Sequence record: MK416018.1
From: Klebsiella phage ST147-VIM1phi7.1
DNA: 34,141 nucleotides
Direction: 5' to 3' (one strand)
A program made the translations under genes and the position numbers. Below are positions 7,443 through 16,548 of this stretch, one piece after another. The notes beneath the pieces are model-generated. The model was not told the DNA's origin. It searched no databases and worked only from the letters and a program-made list of their open reading frames with translations. Positions within the stretch are counted from its first letter, which is position 1, and the number at the start of each line of letters is the position of its first letter.

Positions 7443-7515
7443 ACGGTCATGAATTTATCGCCGGGCGACAGGCTTGCCCGGTCAGACAACCAGATTTAAC
7501 CAAACAGGAAAGACT

Positions 7516-8574
7516 ATGCGTCAGGAAACCCGTTTTAAATTCAATGCCTACATGTCCCGCGTTGCTGAGCTGAACGGCATAGACCCGGACGACGTGAGTA
7601 AAAAATTCTCCGTCGAGCCGTCCGTCACGCAAACCATGATGAACACCGTGCAGATGTCCTCGGCCTTTTTGCAGAAAATTAATATCGTGCCGGTGGATGA
7701 GCTGAAGGGTGAAAAAATTGGCGTCGGCGTCAATGGCACCATCGCCAGCACCACGGACACCAACAGCGGCAAGGAGCGTAAAACCGCCGACTTTACCGCG
7801 CTGGAGTCCAACAAGTACGAATGCGATCAGGTCAACTTCGACTTTCACTTCAAATATAAAAAGCTGGATTTGTGGGCGCGATTCCAAGACTTCCAGCGCC
7901 GTATTCGTGATGCCATCATCCAGCGGCAGGCGCTCGATTTCATCATGGCCGGGTTCAACGGCGTTGAGCGCGCCGAAACCTCTGACCGCGCCACTCATCC
8001 GATGTTGCAGGATGTCGCCGTCGGCTGGCTGCAGAAATACCGTAATGAAGCGCCGACCCGCGTGATGAGCAAAATTGTCGACGAAGAAGGGAATGTTGTT
8101 TCCGCTGTGATCCGTGTGGGTAAAAACGGCGATTACGTTAACCTCGATGCGCTGGTCATGGATGCAACAGACAACCTGATTGACGAGATTTATCAGGAAG
8201 ATGCCGAACTTGTAGCGATTGTGGGTCGTAAGCTGCTGGCCGATAAATATTTCCCGATCGTCAACAAAGACCAGCCGAACAGCGAAGCGCTCGCGGCTGA
8301 CATCATCATCAGCCAGAAACGCATCGGCAACCTGCCCGCCGTCCGTGTGCCGTACTTCCCGGCGAACGCGATTATGGTGACGCGTCTCGATAACCTGTCC
8401 ATCTATTTCATGGATGAAAGTCACCGCCGCTCCATCATCGAAAACCCGAAACTCGACCAGGTGGAAAACTACGAATCGATGAACATCGATTACGTGGTCG
8501 AAACCTACGCCGCCGGGTGCTTCATTGAAAATATCAAGCTGGGCGATTTCTCTGCCGCGCAACCGGAGGGCTAA
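7516..8574 (+). CDS. N: Major capsid protein (P2 gpN-like)
   Basis: Starts MRQETRFKFNAY with an AGGAAAG SD. 352 aa. Confidence 0.9.
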   Translation: MRQETRFKFNAYMSRVAELNGIDPDDVSKKFSVEPSVTQTMMNTVQMSSAFLQKINIVPVDELKGEKIGVGVNGTIASTTDTNSGKERKTADFTALESNKYECDQVNFDFHFKYKKLDLWARFQDFQRRIRDAIIQRQALDFIMAGFNGVERAETSDRATHPMLQDVAVGWLQKYRNEAPTRVMSKIVDEEGNVVSAVIRVGKNGDYVNLDALVMDATDNLIDEIYQEDAELVAIVGRKLLADKYFPIVNKDQPNSEALAADIIISQKRIGNLPAVRVPYFPANAIMVTRLDNLSIYFMDESHRRSIIENPKLDQVENYESMNIDYVVETYAAGCFIENIKLGDFSAAQPEG

Positions 8575-8577
8575 CCG

Positions 8578-9321
8578 ATGACGAGCCCCGCACAGCGTCA
8601 CATGATGCGGGTCTCGGCCATTGAAACCGCGCAGCGGGAAAACAACCCGCTGCGGCATGCCACTGCCTACGAGCAGATGCTGGTTAAGCTGGCCGCAGAC
8701 CAACGCACGTTAAAAGCCATCTTTGGTAAAGAGCTGAAAGCCACGAAAAAGCGCGAGCTGCTGCCGTTCTATCTGCCGTGGGTCAGTGGCGTGCTGGAAC
8801 AGGGCAAAGGTGCGCAGGATGACATCGTGATGACCGTCATGCTGTGGCGTCTTGATGTCGGCGATATCGGCGGCGCGATGGATATTGCCCGCTACGCCTT
8901 TAAGTACGGTCTGACCATGCCAGGCAAACACCGCCGCCCGCCGCAGTACATGTTTACCGAAGAGGTGGCACTCGCCGCCATGCGCGCCCATGCCGCCGGT
9001 GAACCGGTCGTCATCAGCCAGCTGCTCGACACGCTGGCGCTGACCGCCGCCGCCGATATGCCTGATGAAGTGCGCGCAAAGTTGCACAAAATCACCGGCC
9101 AGGTGTTGCGGGATAACAAACAGCCCGCCGACGCGCTGGCCCACCTCAAACGCGCGATGCAGCTCGATTGTCAGGCAGGCGTCAAAAAAGACATTGAACG
9201 GCTTGAGCGAGAGCTGAAGCCCAGACCGGCAACAGTCGTTAAAGCCCCGGTAAGCACGCCGCGCGCCGTGAAAACCACGGCACCGGCTAAACGTGGCCGA
9301 CCGAAAAAGACCGCCGGTTAA
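8578..9321 (+). CDS. M: Terminase small subunit / endonuclease (P2 gpM-like)
   Basis: 247 aa, equal to P2 M. By synteny. Confidence 0.85.
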   Translation: MTSPAQRHMMRVSAIETAQRENNPLRHATAYEQMLVKLAADQRTLKAIFGKELKATKKRELLPFYLPWVSGVLEQGKGAQDDIVMTVMLWRLDVGDIGGAMDIARYAFKYGLTMPGKHRRPPQYMFTEEVALAAMRAHAAGEPVVISQLLDTLALTAAADMPDEVRAKLHKITGQVLRDNKQPADALAHLKRAMQLDCQAGVKKDIERLERELKPRPATVVKAPVSTPRAVKTTAPAKRGRPKKTAG

Positions 9322-9417
9322 CAGAATGCGCCCCGCGCCAGGGCGGCACGCCGGTCGATGAGGGTGTTTTACCCGACCTGAGACCGGCGTCCACCGCCCA
9401 CCTATTCAGAGGTAGTC

Positions 9418-9924
9418 ATGACGACGCTGATTATTAAAAAGAACGATGAGCCGCAGCCGGGTGGCGTGGTGGTCATCCCGCCGCCTGCCAGCGATGAGCC
9501 GGTGATAAAAAATACGTTTTTCTTTCCTGACATCGACCCGAAACGCGTGCGTGAAGGGATGCGCCTTGAGCAGACCGTCGCCCCGGCCCGGCTGCGTGAG
9601 GCCATCAAAACCGGCATCGCCGAAACCAATGCCGAGCTGTTTTTGTGGCGGGAACAGCAGATTGCCGGGGGTTTTAGCAAGCTGGCCGACGTACCGGCTG
9701 ACGATCTCGACGGCGAAAGCGTGCGCGTTTTCTATTACCTGCGCGCCGTCACCTCAATGGCGACCGCCACGCTCTATGAGCGTTATCGCGGTGTGGATGC
9801 CAGCGCAAAAGGTGACAAGAAAGCTGACAGCATCGATACCACTGTCGACGAGCTGTGGCGGGACATGCGCTGGGCCGTATCACGCGTCCAGGACAAACCC
9901 CGCTGCATCGTGAGCCAAATCTGA
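9418..9924 (+). CDS. L: Head completion protein (P2 gpL-like)
   Basis: 168 aa. By synteny. The stop overlaps the X start (ATCTGATG). Confidence 0.85.
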   Translation: MTTLIIKKNDEPQPGGVVVIPPPASDEPVIKNTFFFPDIDPKRVREGMRLEQTVAPARLREAIKTGIAETNAELFLWREQQIAGGFSKLADVPADDLDGESVRVFYYLRAVTSMATATLYERYRGVDASAKGDKKADSIDTTVDELWRDMRWAVSRVQDKPRCIVSQI

Positions 9925-10127
9925 TGCAGGCCATCGCGCAACAGGGCGACACGCTCGACATGATTTGCGCCCGGTATTACGGGCGCACTGAGGGGGTCTT
10001 CGAGTCGGTGCTCGCCGCAAATCCGGGGTTAGCCGAGCTCGGCGCAGTATTGCCTCATGGCACTGTGATCGAGCTACCTGATGTGAAGTCATCCCCCGTA
10101 ACAGAAACCATAAACCTCTGGGAGTAA
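9924..10127 (+). CDS. X: Tail protein X (LysM-like, P2 gpX-like)
   Basis: 67 aa starting MQAIAQQGDTLDMICARYYG. Same length as P2 X. Confidence 0.7.
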   Translation: MQAIAQQGDTLDMICARYYGRTEGVFESVLAANPGLAELGAVLPHGTVIELPDVKSSPVTETINLWE

Positions 10128-10131
10128 CCAC

Positions 10132-10422
10132 ATGACGGAAGGGGAAAAAAGCGTCATTTCGCTTTTTATCATCGGCGCGCTGATTGTCGTAGGTAAAGTG
10201 CTGGCCGGTGGTGAACCGATCACCGCACGTCTTTTTATTGGTCGCACGTTGCTGGGTGGCTTTGTTTCGATGGTGGCCGGGGTTGCCCTGGTACAGTTTC
10301 CAGACCTGCCAACTGCGGCCGTGTGCGGATTTGGCTCCATGCTGGGTATCGCCGGTTATCAGGCGGTAGAGCTTGCTATCCAGCGCAAGATTAAAAAAGG
10401 GGAAAGCGATGGCAGTCATTAA
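10132..10422 (+). CDS. Y: Holin (P2 gpY-like)
   Basis: 96 aa with two or three hydrophobic TM segments and a charged C-terminal tail. Located before the endolysin. Confidence 0.75.
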   Translation: MTEGEKSVISLFIIGALIVVGKVLAGGEPITARLFIGRTLLGGFVSMVAGVALVQFPDLPTAAVCGFGSMLGIAGYQAVELAIQRKIKKGESDGSH

Positions 10423-10906
10423 GACACATCCCAACGTTGCGGCATTCCTCGACACGCTGGCATTTTCGGAAGGGACAGCAACGCATCCGCTGACCCGAAA
10501 CAACGGTTACGACGTTATCGTCACGGGTATCGATGGCAAGCCGGAGATTTTTACCGATTATCGCGATCACCCGTTCGCCGGTGGGCGCCCGGCGAAGGTC
10601 TTCAATCGTCGCGGGGAAAAATCCACGGCATCCGGGCGTTACCAGCAGCTTTACCTGTTCTGGCCGCATTACAAAAAGCAGCTTGCATTGCCGGATTTCA
10701 GCCCGGCATCACAGGACAGGCTCGCCATTCAGCTGATTCGTGAGCGCCGCGCGCTGGAAGACTTGCAGCAAGGGCGCATCGAGCGCGCCATTTCCCGTTG
10801 TTGCAATATCTGGGCTTCATTGCCGGGTGCTGGATACGGTCAGCGTGAGCACAGCCTCGACAAGCTGGTCGCAATGTGGCGCAAGGCCGGAGGCGTATCC
10901 GCATGA
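10409..10906 (+). CDS. K: Endolysin / lysozyme (P2 gpK-like)
   Basis: 165 aa from MAVIKTHPNVAAFLDTLAFSEGT, the same as P2 K. Good SD. Confidence 0.85.
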   Translation: MAVIKTHPNVAAFLDTLAFSEGTATHPLTRNNGYDVIVTGIDGKPEIFTDYRDHPFAGGRPAKVFNRRGEKSTASGRYQQLYLFWPHYKKQLALPDFSPASQDRLAIQLIRERRALEDLQQGRIERAISRCCNIWASLPGAGYGQREHSLDKLVAMWRKAGGVSA

Positions 10907-11334
10907 AAATAGTCATTATCCTGCTGGCGCTGGCCGGTGCGGGTCTGCTGTGGATGCGACACGATAACAGCAATTTGCGGGTCTCATTTGAACGTGCGAA
11001 CCGGGTCGCCGGTACGCAGAAAACCACCATCATCATGCTGAAAAATCAGCTCAACGTTGCCGCAGAGCAGTCGCAGCGCATAGAGCTGGCGCAGGTTGCC
11101 ATGCGGGACAAACTCACCACGGCTAACCTGCTGGCCTTCCGGCGTGAACAAACTATCACGAGGTTACTCAATGAAAATGAAGCGTTTCGCCGCTGGTATC
11201 GCGCTGATTTACCTGATGCTGTGCGCCGGTTGCACCAGCGCACCGCCTGCACCAACGCCGCCGCCGGTGATTGTTTACAACGCCTGCCCGAAGGTCAGCC
11301 CCTGCCCGATGCCGGGCAGCGACCCGCTAACTAA
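10903..11334 (+). CDS. lysB: i-spanin (P2 LysB / Rz-like)
   Basis: 143 aa. N-terminal TM helix (IVIILLALAGAGLLW) followed by a coiled-coil-like region. ATGA overlap with K. Confidence 0.65.
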   Translation: MKIVIILLALAGAGLLWMRHDNSNLRVSFERANRVAGTQKTTIIMLKNQLNVAAEQSQRIELAQVAMRDKLTTANLLAFRREQTITRLLNENEAFRRWYRADLPDAVRRLHQRTACTNAAAGDCLQRLPEGQPLPDAGQRPAN

Positions 11335-11467
11335 TGGCGACCTGAGTGCGGATATACGCCAGCTCGAAAACGCCCTGAAAAGTTGCGCAATCCAGGTCGA
11401 TACGGTTAAACAATGCCAGGATGAAATCGATGCAAAAGCCCAACAGTCTGCGAAAAGCCTTAACTGA
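11171..11467 (+). CDS. lysC: o-spanin lipoprotein (LysC / Rz1-like), overlapping lysB out of frame
   Basis: MKMKRFAAGIALIYLMLCAGCTS has a lipobox with Cys +1. Pro-rich mature region. The start lies inside lysB in the +1 frame. Confidence 0.6.
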   Translation: MKMKRFAAGIALIYLMLCAGCTSAPPAPTPPPVIVYNACPKVSPCPMPGSDPLTNGDLSADIRQLENALKSCAIQVDTVKQCQDEIDAKAQQSAKSLN

Positions 11468-11897
11468 TGCGGTGCCGGTACTGCGTACTAACCCCGATAT
11501 GCTTTGCCTTCGCCTGGACGATGGCAACAATACGGCGACGCTGGCGCGCTCCCTGTCGTTTGAAAAGCGGTACACGCTTAACATCGTGGTCACGGATTTT
11601 ACCGACGATATTGACCTGCTGTTTGTGCCGATTATGGCCTGGCTGCGAGTCAATCAGCCGGACATCATGACAACCGACGAGGGGAGAAAAAAAGGATTTG
11701 CCTGGTACGCTGACATTAATAACGACAGCAGCCTTGATGTCAGCATCAGCCTGTTGCTGACCGAGCGCACCCTGGTCAAAGAGGCCGACGGCGCAATGTA
11801 CGTTGAGAACATCCCGGAGCCGCCACCGCCGGAGCCGGTGACGCGCCTTGTTGAGATGTGGAGTAATGGCGAACTGGTGAGTAAATGGGATGAATGA
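11430..11897 (+). CDS. R: Tail completion protein R
   Basis: 155 aa from ATG 11430, equal to P2 R. By synteny. Confidence 0.8.
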   Translation: MQKPNSLRKALTDAVPVLRTNPDMLCLRLDDGNNTATLARSLSFEKRYTLNIVVTDFTDDIDLLFVPIMAWLRVNQPDIMTTDEGRKKGFAWYADINNDSSLDVSISLLLTERTLVKEADGAMYVENIPEPPPPEPVTRLVEMWSNGELVSKWDE

Positions 11898-12339
11898 CTT
11901 CAAACCCTTTGAGGACAAGCTCGCCGGGTTGATATCGGCCCTTTCTCCCGCCGGGCGTCGCCAGATGACCGCCGACATTGCGAAGAAACTGCGCCAGCGG
12001 CAACAGCAGCGCATTAAGTCGCAGAAAGCGCCGGACGGTTCGCCATTTGCCCCGCGTAAGCGCCAGCCCGTCAGGGCAAAGAAAGGCCGGATTAAGCGCG
12101 AGATGTTCGCGAAACTGCGAACCAACCGTTATATGAAAGCGAGCGGTAACGACAGCGCTGCGGTGGTGGAGTTTACCGGTAAAGTGCAGCGCATCGCCCG
12201 TGTGCATCAGCTCGGATTAAAGGACAAGCCATTCCCCAAAAGCGCCGCCGTCGAGTATCCACAGCGCCAGCTCCTGGGCTTTATAGACGATGACCGGCAG
12301 CTTGTGGAAAGCGTCATTATCGACTACCTCGTTGATTGA
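11890..12339 (+). CDS. S: Tail completion protein S
   Basis: 149 aa against 150 aa for P2 S. Overlaps the R stop. Confidence 0.8.
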   Translation: MNDFKPFEDKLAGLISALSPAGRRQMTADIAKKLRQRQQQRIKSQKAPDGSPFAPRKRQPVRAKKGRIKREMFAKLRTNRYMKASGNDSAAVVEFTGKVQRIARVHQLGLKDKPFPKSAAVEYPQRQLLGFIDDDRQLVESVIIDYLVD

Positions 12340-12667
12340 GCTGATACAGTTTTTACTGGCAACGACCCCCCCTTGATTAAGGATAGCGTTGTATCGACCC
12401 GTTGAACTCACAGCGAGTAATGGACGTTAACGACACTCTGTAGCTCAGGTTGATATCTAGATTCTCATCAGCTTAAGCAGCACCATTTATTGTATAGACT
12501 GTCACAGAAAATCAGCTCCCCATAACTGCTTAGTGAGTATATAGTATCAAAGTTAGGCATATCTTAAGCTATGCTGAAGGTAAAAAGAAAAATAAATGGA
12601 GAGTGTGTTTAATTCCAAATCTTCACTTATTTTTTCATGAATGTAAATTTGCATCAGGGGTCTGATT

Positions 12668-13711
12668 ATGCCAGAGGGATTCATCCAGAGTTTTAAACTT
12701 AAAGTTCATGAAAGCGATGGGATAGAATATGAAAATTTGTTTTCAAAGGTTATGTCGTATTATATTCCTGGGTTCGAAAGAGTGAAACCTCATGGCAATA
12801 TAGGTGACAGAGGTAATGATGGATGGGTATGTGGTGTCGGTGTTTATTACCAGGTATACGCCCCAGAGGATTTGCTTAGTAATGAAAAGAAATCGCTAGA
12901 TAAAATGAAGGGTGATTTCAAAAAGCTTTATGAATATTGGAATGCCATTTCCACAGTCAGGGAGTTTTATTACGTTGTTAATGATAAATATAAGGGGATA
13001 CCACCGCACCTTAATAATGCAATCTCCGAAATAAAAAGTGAATACAAACTAAATAAAGCCATGGTGATTGGTGCTACGGCCCTTGAGGGTTTTTTTATAA
13101 CTCTGAGTGATGAACAGAAGAATTATATTTGTGGGCGATCGAATCGTATTCAGTTCTCAACAGAGCGCTACCTTATAGAGCGTATTACAAAAAGGATGTA
13201 TCTTCAGGACTGGAATAATATCAGCGAGAATCTTATCGCTAACTCTATGCAAACTGAAGTTGTTGATGGATTTTATGAGGCTTGCCAGGCCGTTCTGGCA
13301 ACCCAAATGCCAGGCCGACTTCCCAATCTTGACTTCTCAATGATTGAACTTGCTAACCATGCACATTGCCTTTGCGAACATATAACTAATATGAATTTTG
13401 CAAGTAACATAAATGGCTTTTGGAAAATGGATATGAGTTGGAAGAGAGTCAGAATGGATCAAGATAAATATCATGAAAAATATAACACCTACGAACACTG
13501 GAGAAGAGAGTTGTTTCGGCTGCATTATAACTTAGCTCATGCTTTAAATCTTTTCTCTGTAGAGGTTAGAAAATCACTTGAGCCTGATTTCTTTTTTGGC
13601 TCCCAATTCGGAATAAGTGATAGTATGGGTGCCTATAATCATATGGAACCTATGCTTTTTATTCCTGGATCATACTGTTCAAATTATCGAGAGCTGTTTG
13701 GTGACGTTTGA
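12668..13711 (+). CDS. Hypothetical 347-aa cargo protein in the S-V variable locus; N-terminal Mrr/PD-(D/E)xK-like signature
   Basis: Low GC (~35%). AGGGG SD. The N-terminus EYENLF...GNIGDRGNDGWV...VYYQVY resembles the Mrr catalytic-domain pattern (E...GDgGiDG...QxK), but with Y in place of the K. The rest is unrecognised. Confidence 0.7.
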   Translation: MPEGFIQSFKLKVHESDGIEYENLFSKVMSYYIPGFERVKPHGNIGDRGNDGWVCGVGVYYQVYAPEDLLSNEKKSLDKMKGDFKKLYEYWNAISTVREFYYVVNDKYKGIPPHLNNAISEIKSEYKLNKAMVIGATALEGFFITLSDEQKNYICGRSNRIQFSTERYLIERITKRMYLQDWNNISENLIANSMQTEVVDGFYEACQAVLATQMPGRLPNLDFSMIELANHAHCLCEHITNMNFASNINGFWKMDMSWKRVRMDQDKYHEKYNTYEHWRRELFRLHYNLAHALNLFSVEVRKSLEPDFFFGSQFGISDSMGAYNHMEPMLFIPGSYCSNYRELFGDV

Positions 13712-14053
13712 TTTTTAATTAATGCCATCCTTAGGGGTGGCATTGTTAAAAACATTTCAATAATTAAAGCATAGTGATCAGCACAGCAATATCATCCTGA
13801 GGCTAAATTGTTTTTGATGAAAAAATATTTATCCAGCTCTTTGTTTTCTCAATTTTATCAAAAAAATTGCTTTTCTTAACACCATTACCGCAATGAACGT
13901 CTGCTTTGGCACAGAGCGGCTCATAAGATTAGGTCTGGCTCTGTGCCATGGATGTGTCAGGTCAATTCCGGGCTGATACATATAACGTTGTGCCAGCCAG
14001 GGCAAAACGCCCGCAGATTGCCGCCGGAACACCCCGGCGGCATCCTTTCCCCT

Positions 14054-14695
14054 ATGAATACTCTCGCATCTATCCAGGAACTCGCCCGCGCGATACGCAA
14101 CATGATCCGCACCGGAATCGTCGTCGAAACTGACCTCGACGCCGGGCGCTGTCGCGTGCAGACCGGCGGCATTTATACCGACTGGCTCCAGTGGCTGACG
14201 CATCGGGCCGGGCGCTCGCGCACCTGGTGGGCTCCCTCCATTGGTGAGCAGGTGATGATTCTGGCCGTGGGCGGTGAGCTCGATACCGCTTTTGTGCTGC
14301 CGGGTATTTATTCCGACGACAACCCCGCGCCGTCGGCCTCTGCTGATGCCTGGCACGTTGAATTTCCCGACGGTGCCGTTATGAGTTATGAGCCGGAAAC
14401 CGGCGCGCTGACCGTCACCGGCATTAAAACCGCCGATGTGACCGCATCCGATTCGGTTGCCGTCAGCGTGCCGGTGGTGCTGGTAAAAGCCGAGACCCGC
14501 GTCACCCTCGATACACCGGAGGTGGTCTGCACCAACAAGCTGACGACCGGCACGCTGGAGGTGAAGCAAGGCGGCAAGATGTCAGGTGATATCGAGCACA
14601 GCGGCGGCGCTTTCACTTCCAACGGTGTGCAGGTGGATAAACACGGCCACGGCGGCATCAGGCGCGGCGATGAATGGACGGAGGGCACCCAATGA
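14054..14695 (+). CDS. V: Baseplate spike protein (P2 gpV-like)
   Basis: 213 aa from MNTLASIQELARAIRNMIRTGIV. P2 V is 211 aa. Confidence 0.85.
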   Translation: MNTLASIQELARAIRNMIRTGIVVETDLDAGRCRVQTGGIYTDWLQWLTHRAGRSRTWWAPSIGEQVMILAVGGELDTAFVLPGIYSDDNPAPSASADAWHVEFPDGAVMSYEPETGALTVTGIKTADVTASDSVAVSVPVVLVKAETRVTLDTPEVVCTNKLTTGTLEVKQGGKMSGDIEHSGGAFTSNGVQVDKHGHGGIRRGDEWTEGTQ

Positions 14696-15039
14696 CGGCG
14701 CGTTATCTCGGCATGAATCGCACGACCGGTGAAAGCATTTCAGACGTTGACCATATCAGTCAGAGCATCGGGGATATTCTGCGCACGCCCGTCGGCTCCC
14801 GCGTCATGCGTCGTGAATACGGCTCGCTGTTGTCGCAGATGATTGACCAGCCTCAGACACCGGCACTTGAGCTGCAAATTATGGCCGCGTGCTACATGGC
14901 GATCCTGAAGTGGGAGCCGCGCGTCAGGCTGACCAGCATCACCACAGCGCGGCAGTTTAACGGGCAGATGGTCGTCGACGTGACCGGCCAAATCACCGAT
15001 ACCGGTGAGAGCCTTTCCTTAACCATCCCTGTGAGTTGA
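14692..15039 (+). CDS. W: Baseplate wedge protein (P2 gpW-like)
   Basis: 115 aa, equal to P2 W. ATGA overlap with V. Confidence 0.85.
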   Translation: MTARYLGMNRTTGESISDVDHISQSIGDILRTPVGSRVMRREYGSLLSQMIDQPQTPALELQIMAACYMAILKWEPRVRLTSITTARQFNGQMVVDVTGQITDTGESLSLTIPVS

Positions 15040-15043
15040 ACCT

Positions 15044-15952
15044 ATGGCAGTTATCGACCTGAGCCAGCTCCCCGCGCCTGATGTGGTGGAAACACTGGAT
15101 TTTGAAACCATCCTCGCCGAGCGCAAAGCGACGCTGATTTCACTGTACCCGGAAGATGAGCAGGAAGCGGTCGCCAGGACATTAACGCTGGAGTCTGAGC
15201 CACTGGTGAAATATCTCGAAGAGAATGCCTATCGTGAGGTGATTTTACGCCAGCGCATTAACGAGGCGGCGAAAGCCGGGATGGTGGCCTATGCCATCAA
15301 AAACGACCTCGACCAGCTCGCGGCAAATAATAACGTTGAACGCCTGGTCATCACCCCCGGAGACGAGACCCAAATCCCGCCGGTGGCGGCGGTCATGGAA
15401 TCTGACAGTGATTTACGTCAGCGCGTACCGGCGGCATTTGAGGGTATGAGTGTTGCTGGGCCAACCGGTGCCTATGAATTTCACGCCCTGAGTGCCGACG
15501 GACGTGTCGCGGATGCTTCGGCTAATAGCCCGGCTCCAGCTGAGGTCACTATCGCGGTACTATCGCGGGAAGGTGACGGCACGGCGTCGGATGATTTATT
15601 GCTGGCCGTCAGTACCGCGCTAAATGATGAGAGTGTACGACCGGTCGCTGACCGCCTGACAGTCGTCTCGGCTGAAATCGTCAATTATGCGATCGACGCA
15701 GTGCTGTATGTTTACCCCGGACCAGCGACCGAGCCGATTCTTGCCGCCGCAAAAGCGCAGTTAACTGCCTATATTACGGAGCAGCGCCGCCTTGGTCGTG
15801 ACATCCGAATGTCGGCGATTTACGCCGCGTTGCATGTGCAGGGGGTTCAGCGCGTCGAGCTGCGCGAACCGCTGGCCGATGTGGTGCTGGATAAAACGCA
15901 GGCGGCTTATTGCACCGACGCCCGCGTCATTATCGGGGGATCGGATGAATAA
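15044..15952 (+). CDS. J: Baseplate protein J
   Basis: 302 aa, equal to P2 J. Confidence 0.9.
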   Translation: MAVIDLSQLPAPDVVETLDFETILAERKATLISLYPEDEQEAVARTLTLESEPLVKYLEENAYREVILRQRINEAAKAGMVAYAIKNDLDQLAANNNVERLVITPGDETQIPPVAAVMESDSDLRQRVPAAFEGMSVAGPTGAYEFHALSADGRVADASANSPAPAEVTIAVLSREGDGTASDDLLLAVSTALNDESVRPVADRLTVVSAEIVNYAIDAVLYVYPGPATEPILAAAKAQLTAYITEQRRLGRDIRMSAIYAALHVQGVQRVELREPLADVVLDKTQAAYCTDARVIIGGSDE

Positions 15953-16547
15953 TTCTCTAATGGCGCCCGGGTCATCTCTGCTGGAACAGCGAGCCGCCGC
16001 AGCATGCGCCTCTATCAGCGATTTACCCGTATCGCTGCGCGATTTATGGAATCCGTGGAAATGCCCGGTGAAATTCCTGCCCTATCTGGCCTGGGCGTTT
16101 TCTGTCGACCGCTGGGAAGAAACATGGTCGGAAACAGAGAAACGCCAGGCTGTTAGTGATGCTTTCTGGATCCACCAACGCAAAGGTACCGTTGCCGCCG
16201 TTCGGCGTGTGATTGAAACGCTGGGCTACAGCATGACGCTCCAGGAATGGTGGAAGGTGGCCGATCCTGCCGGGACATTCCGCCTTGAGATTGACCTCAA
16301 CGATATCGGCATTACTGAGACGATGATTAAAGAGTTAGAACGAATTATCGGCGATGCAAAGCCGGTGAGTCGACATATATCACAACTCACACTATCGGCA
16401 AGCGTGTACGGCATGGCTCATATAGGCGCGGCAGTGGTCGACGGGGAAATTATAACGGTGTATCCGCCGGGGTATGAGCCGGATGACAGTATTTATTATG
16501 ACGCAGCCGTTAATTATGACGGGAATTATCATTACTCCGGGAAATAA
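15945..16547 (+). CDS. I: Baseplate protein I (extended C-terminus)
   Basis: 200 aa against 176 aa for P2 I. Overlaps the J stop. The C-terminal Y/D-rich extension is absent from P2 I. Confidence 0.8.
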   Translation: MNNSLMAPGSSLLEQRAAAACASISDLPVSLRDLWNPWKCPVKFLPYLAWAFSVDRWEETWSETEKRQAVSDAFWIHQRKGTVAAVRRVIETLGYSMTLQEWWKVADPAGTFRLEIDLNDIGITETMIKELERIIGDAKPVSRHISQLTLSASVYGMAHIGAAVVDGEIITVYPPGYEPDDSIYYDAAVNYDGNYHYSGK

Positions 16548-16548
16548 T

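Noticed and set aside
7447-8703. 418-aa minus-strand ORF antisense to the major capsid gene N
   Set aside because: It is a mirror ORF of a conserved P2 N homolog with His/Arg/Val-rich, low-complexity translation. The plus-strand gene has the RBS and synteny.
8710-10503. Minus-strand ORFs 8710-9144, 9402-9680 and 9880-10503
   Set aside because: They are antisense to M, L/X and holin/endolysin respectively. They have no RBS and their composition is typical of GC-rich antisense frames.
11460-12207. Minus-strand ORFs 11460-12125 (221 aa) and 11776-12207 (143 aa)
   Set aside because: They are antisense to the R and S tail completion genes, which have P2-matching lengths and coupled starts.
13721-13747. 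Hairpin aatgccatcc-ttagg-ggtggcatt after the S-V cargo gene as a terminator
   Set aside because: The stem has a mismatch and is followed by gttaaaaac rather than a U-tract. It was not called as a feature.
13829-14569. 246-aa minus-strand ORF
   Set aside because: It is antisense to V (baseplate spike). Its translation is Gly/Arg/His-rich.
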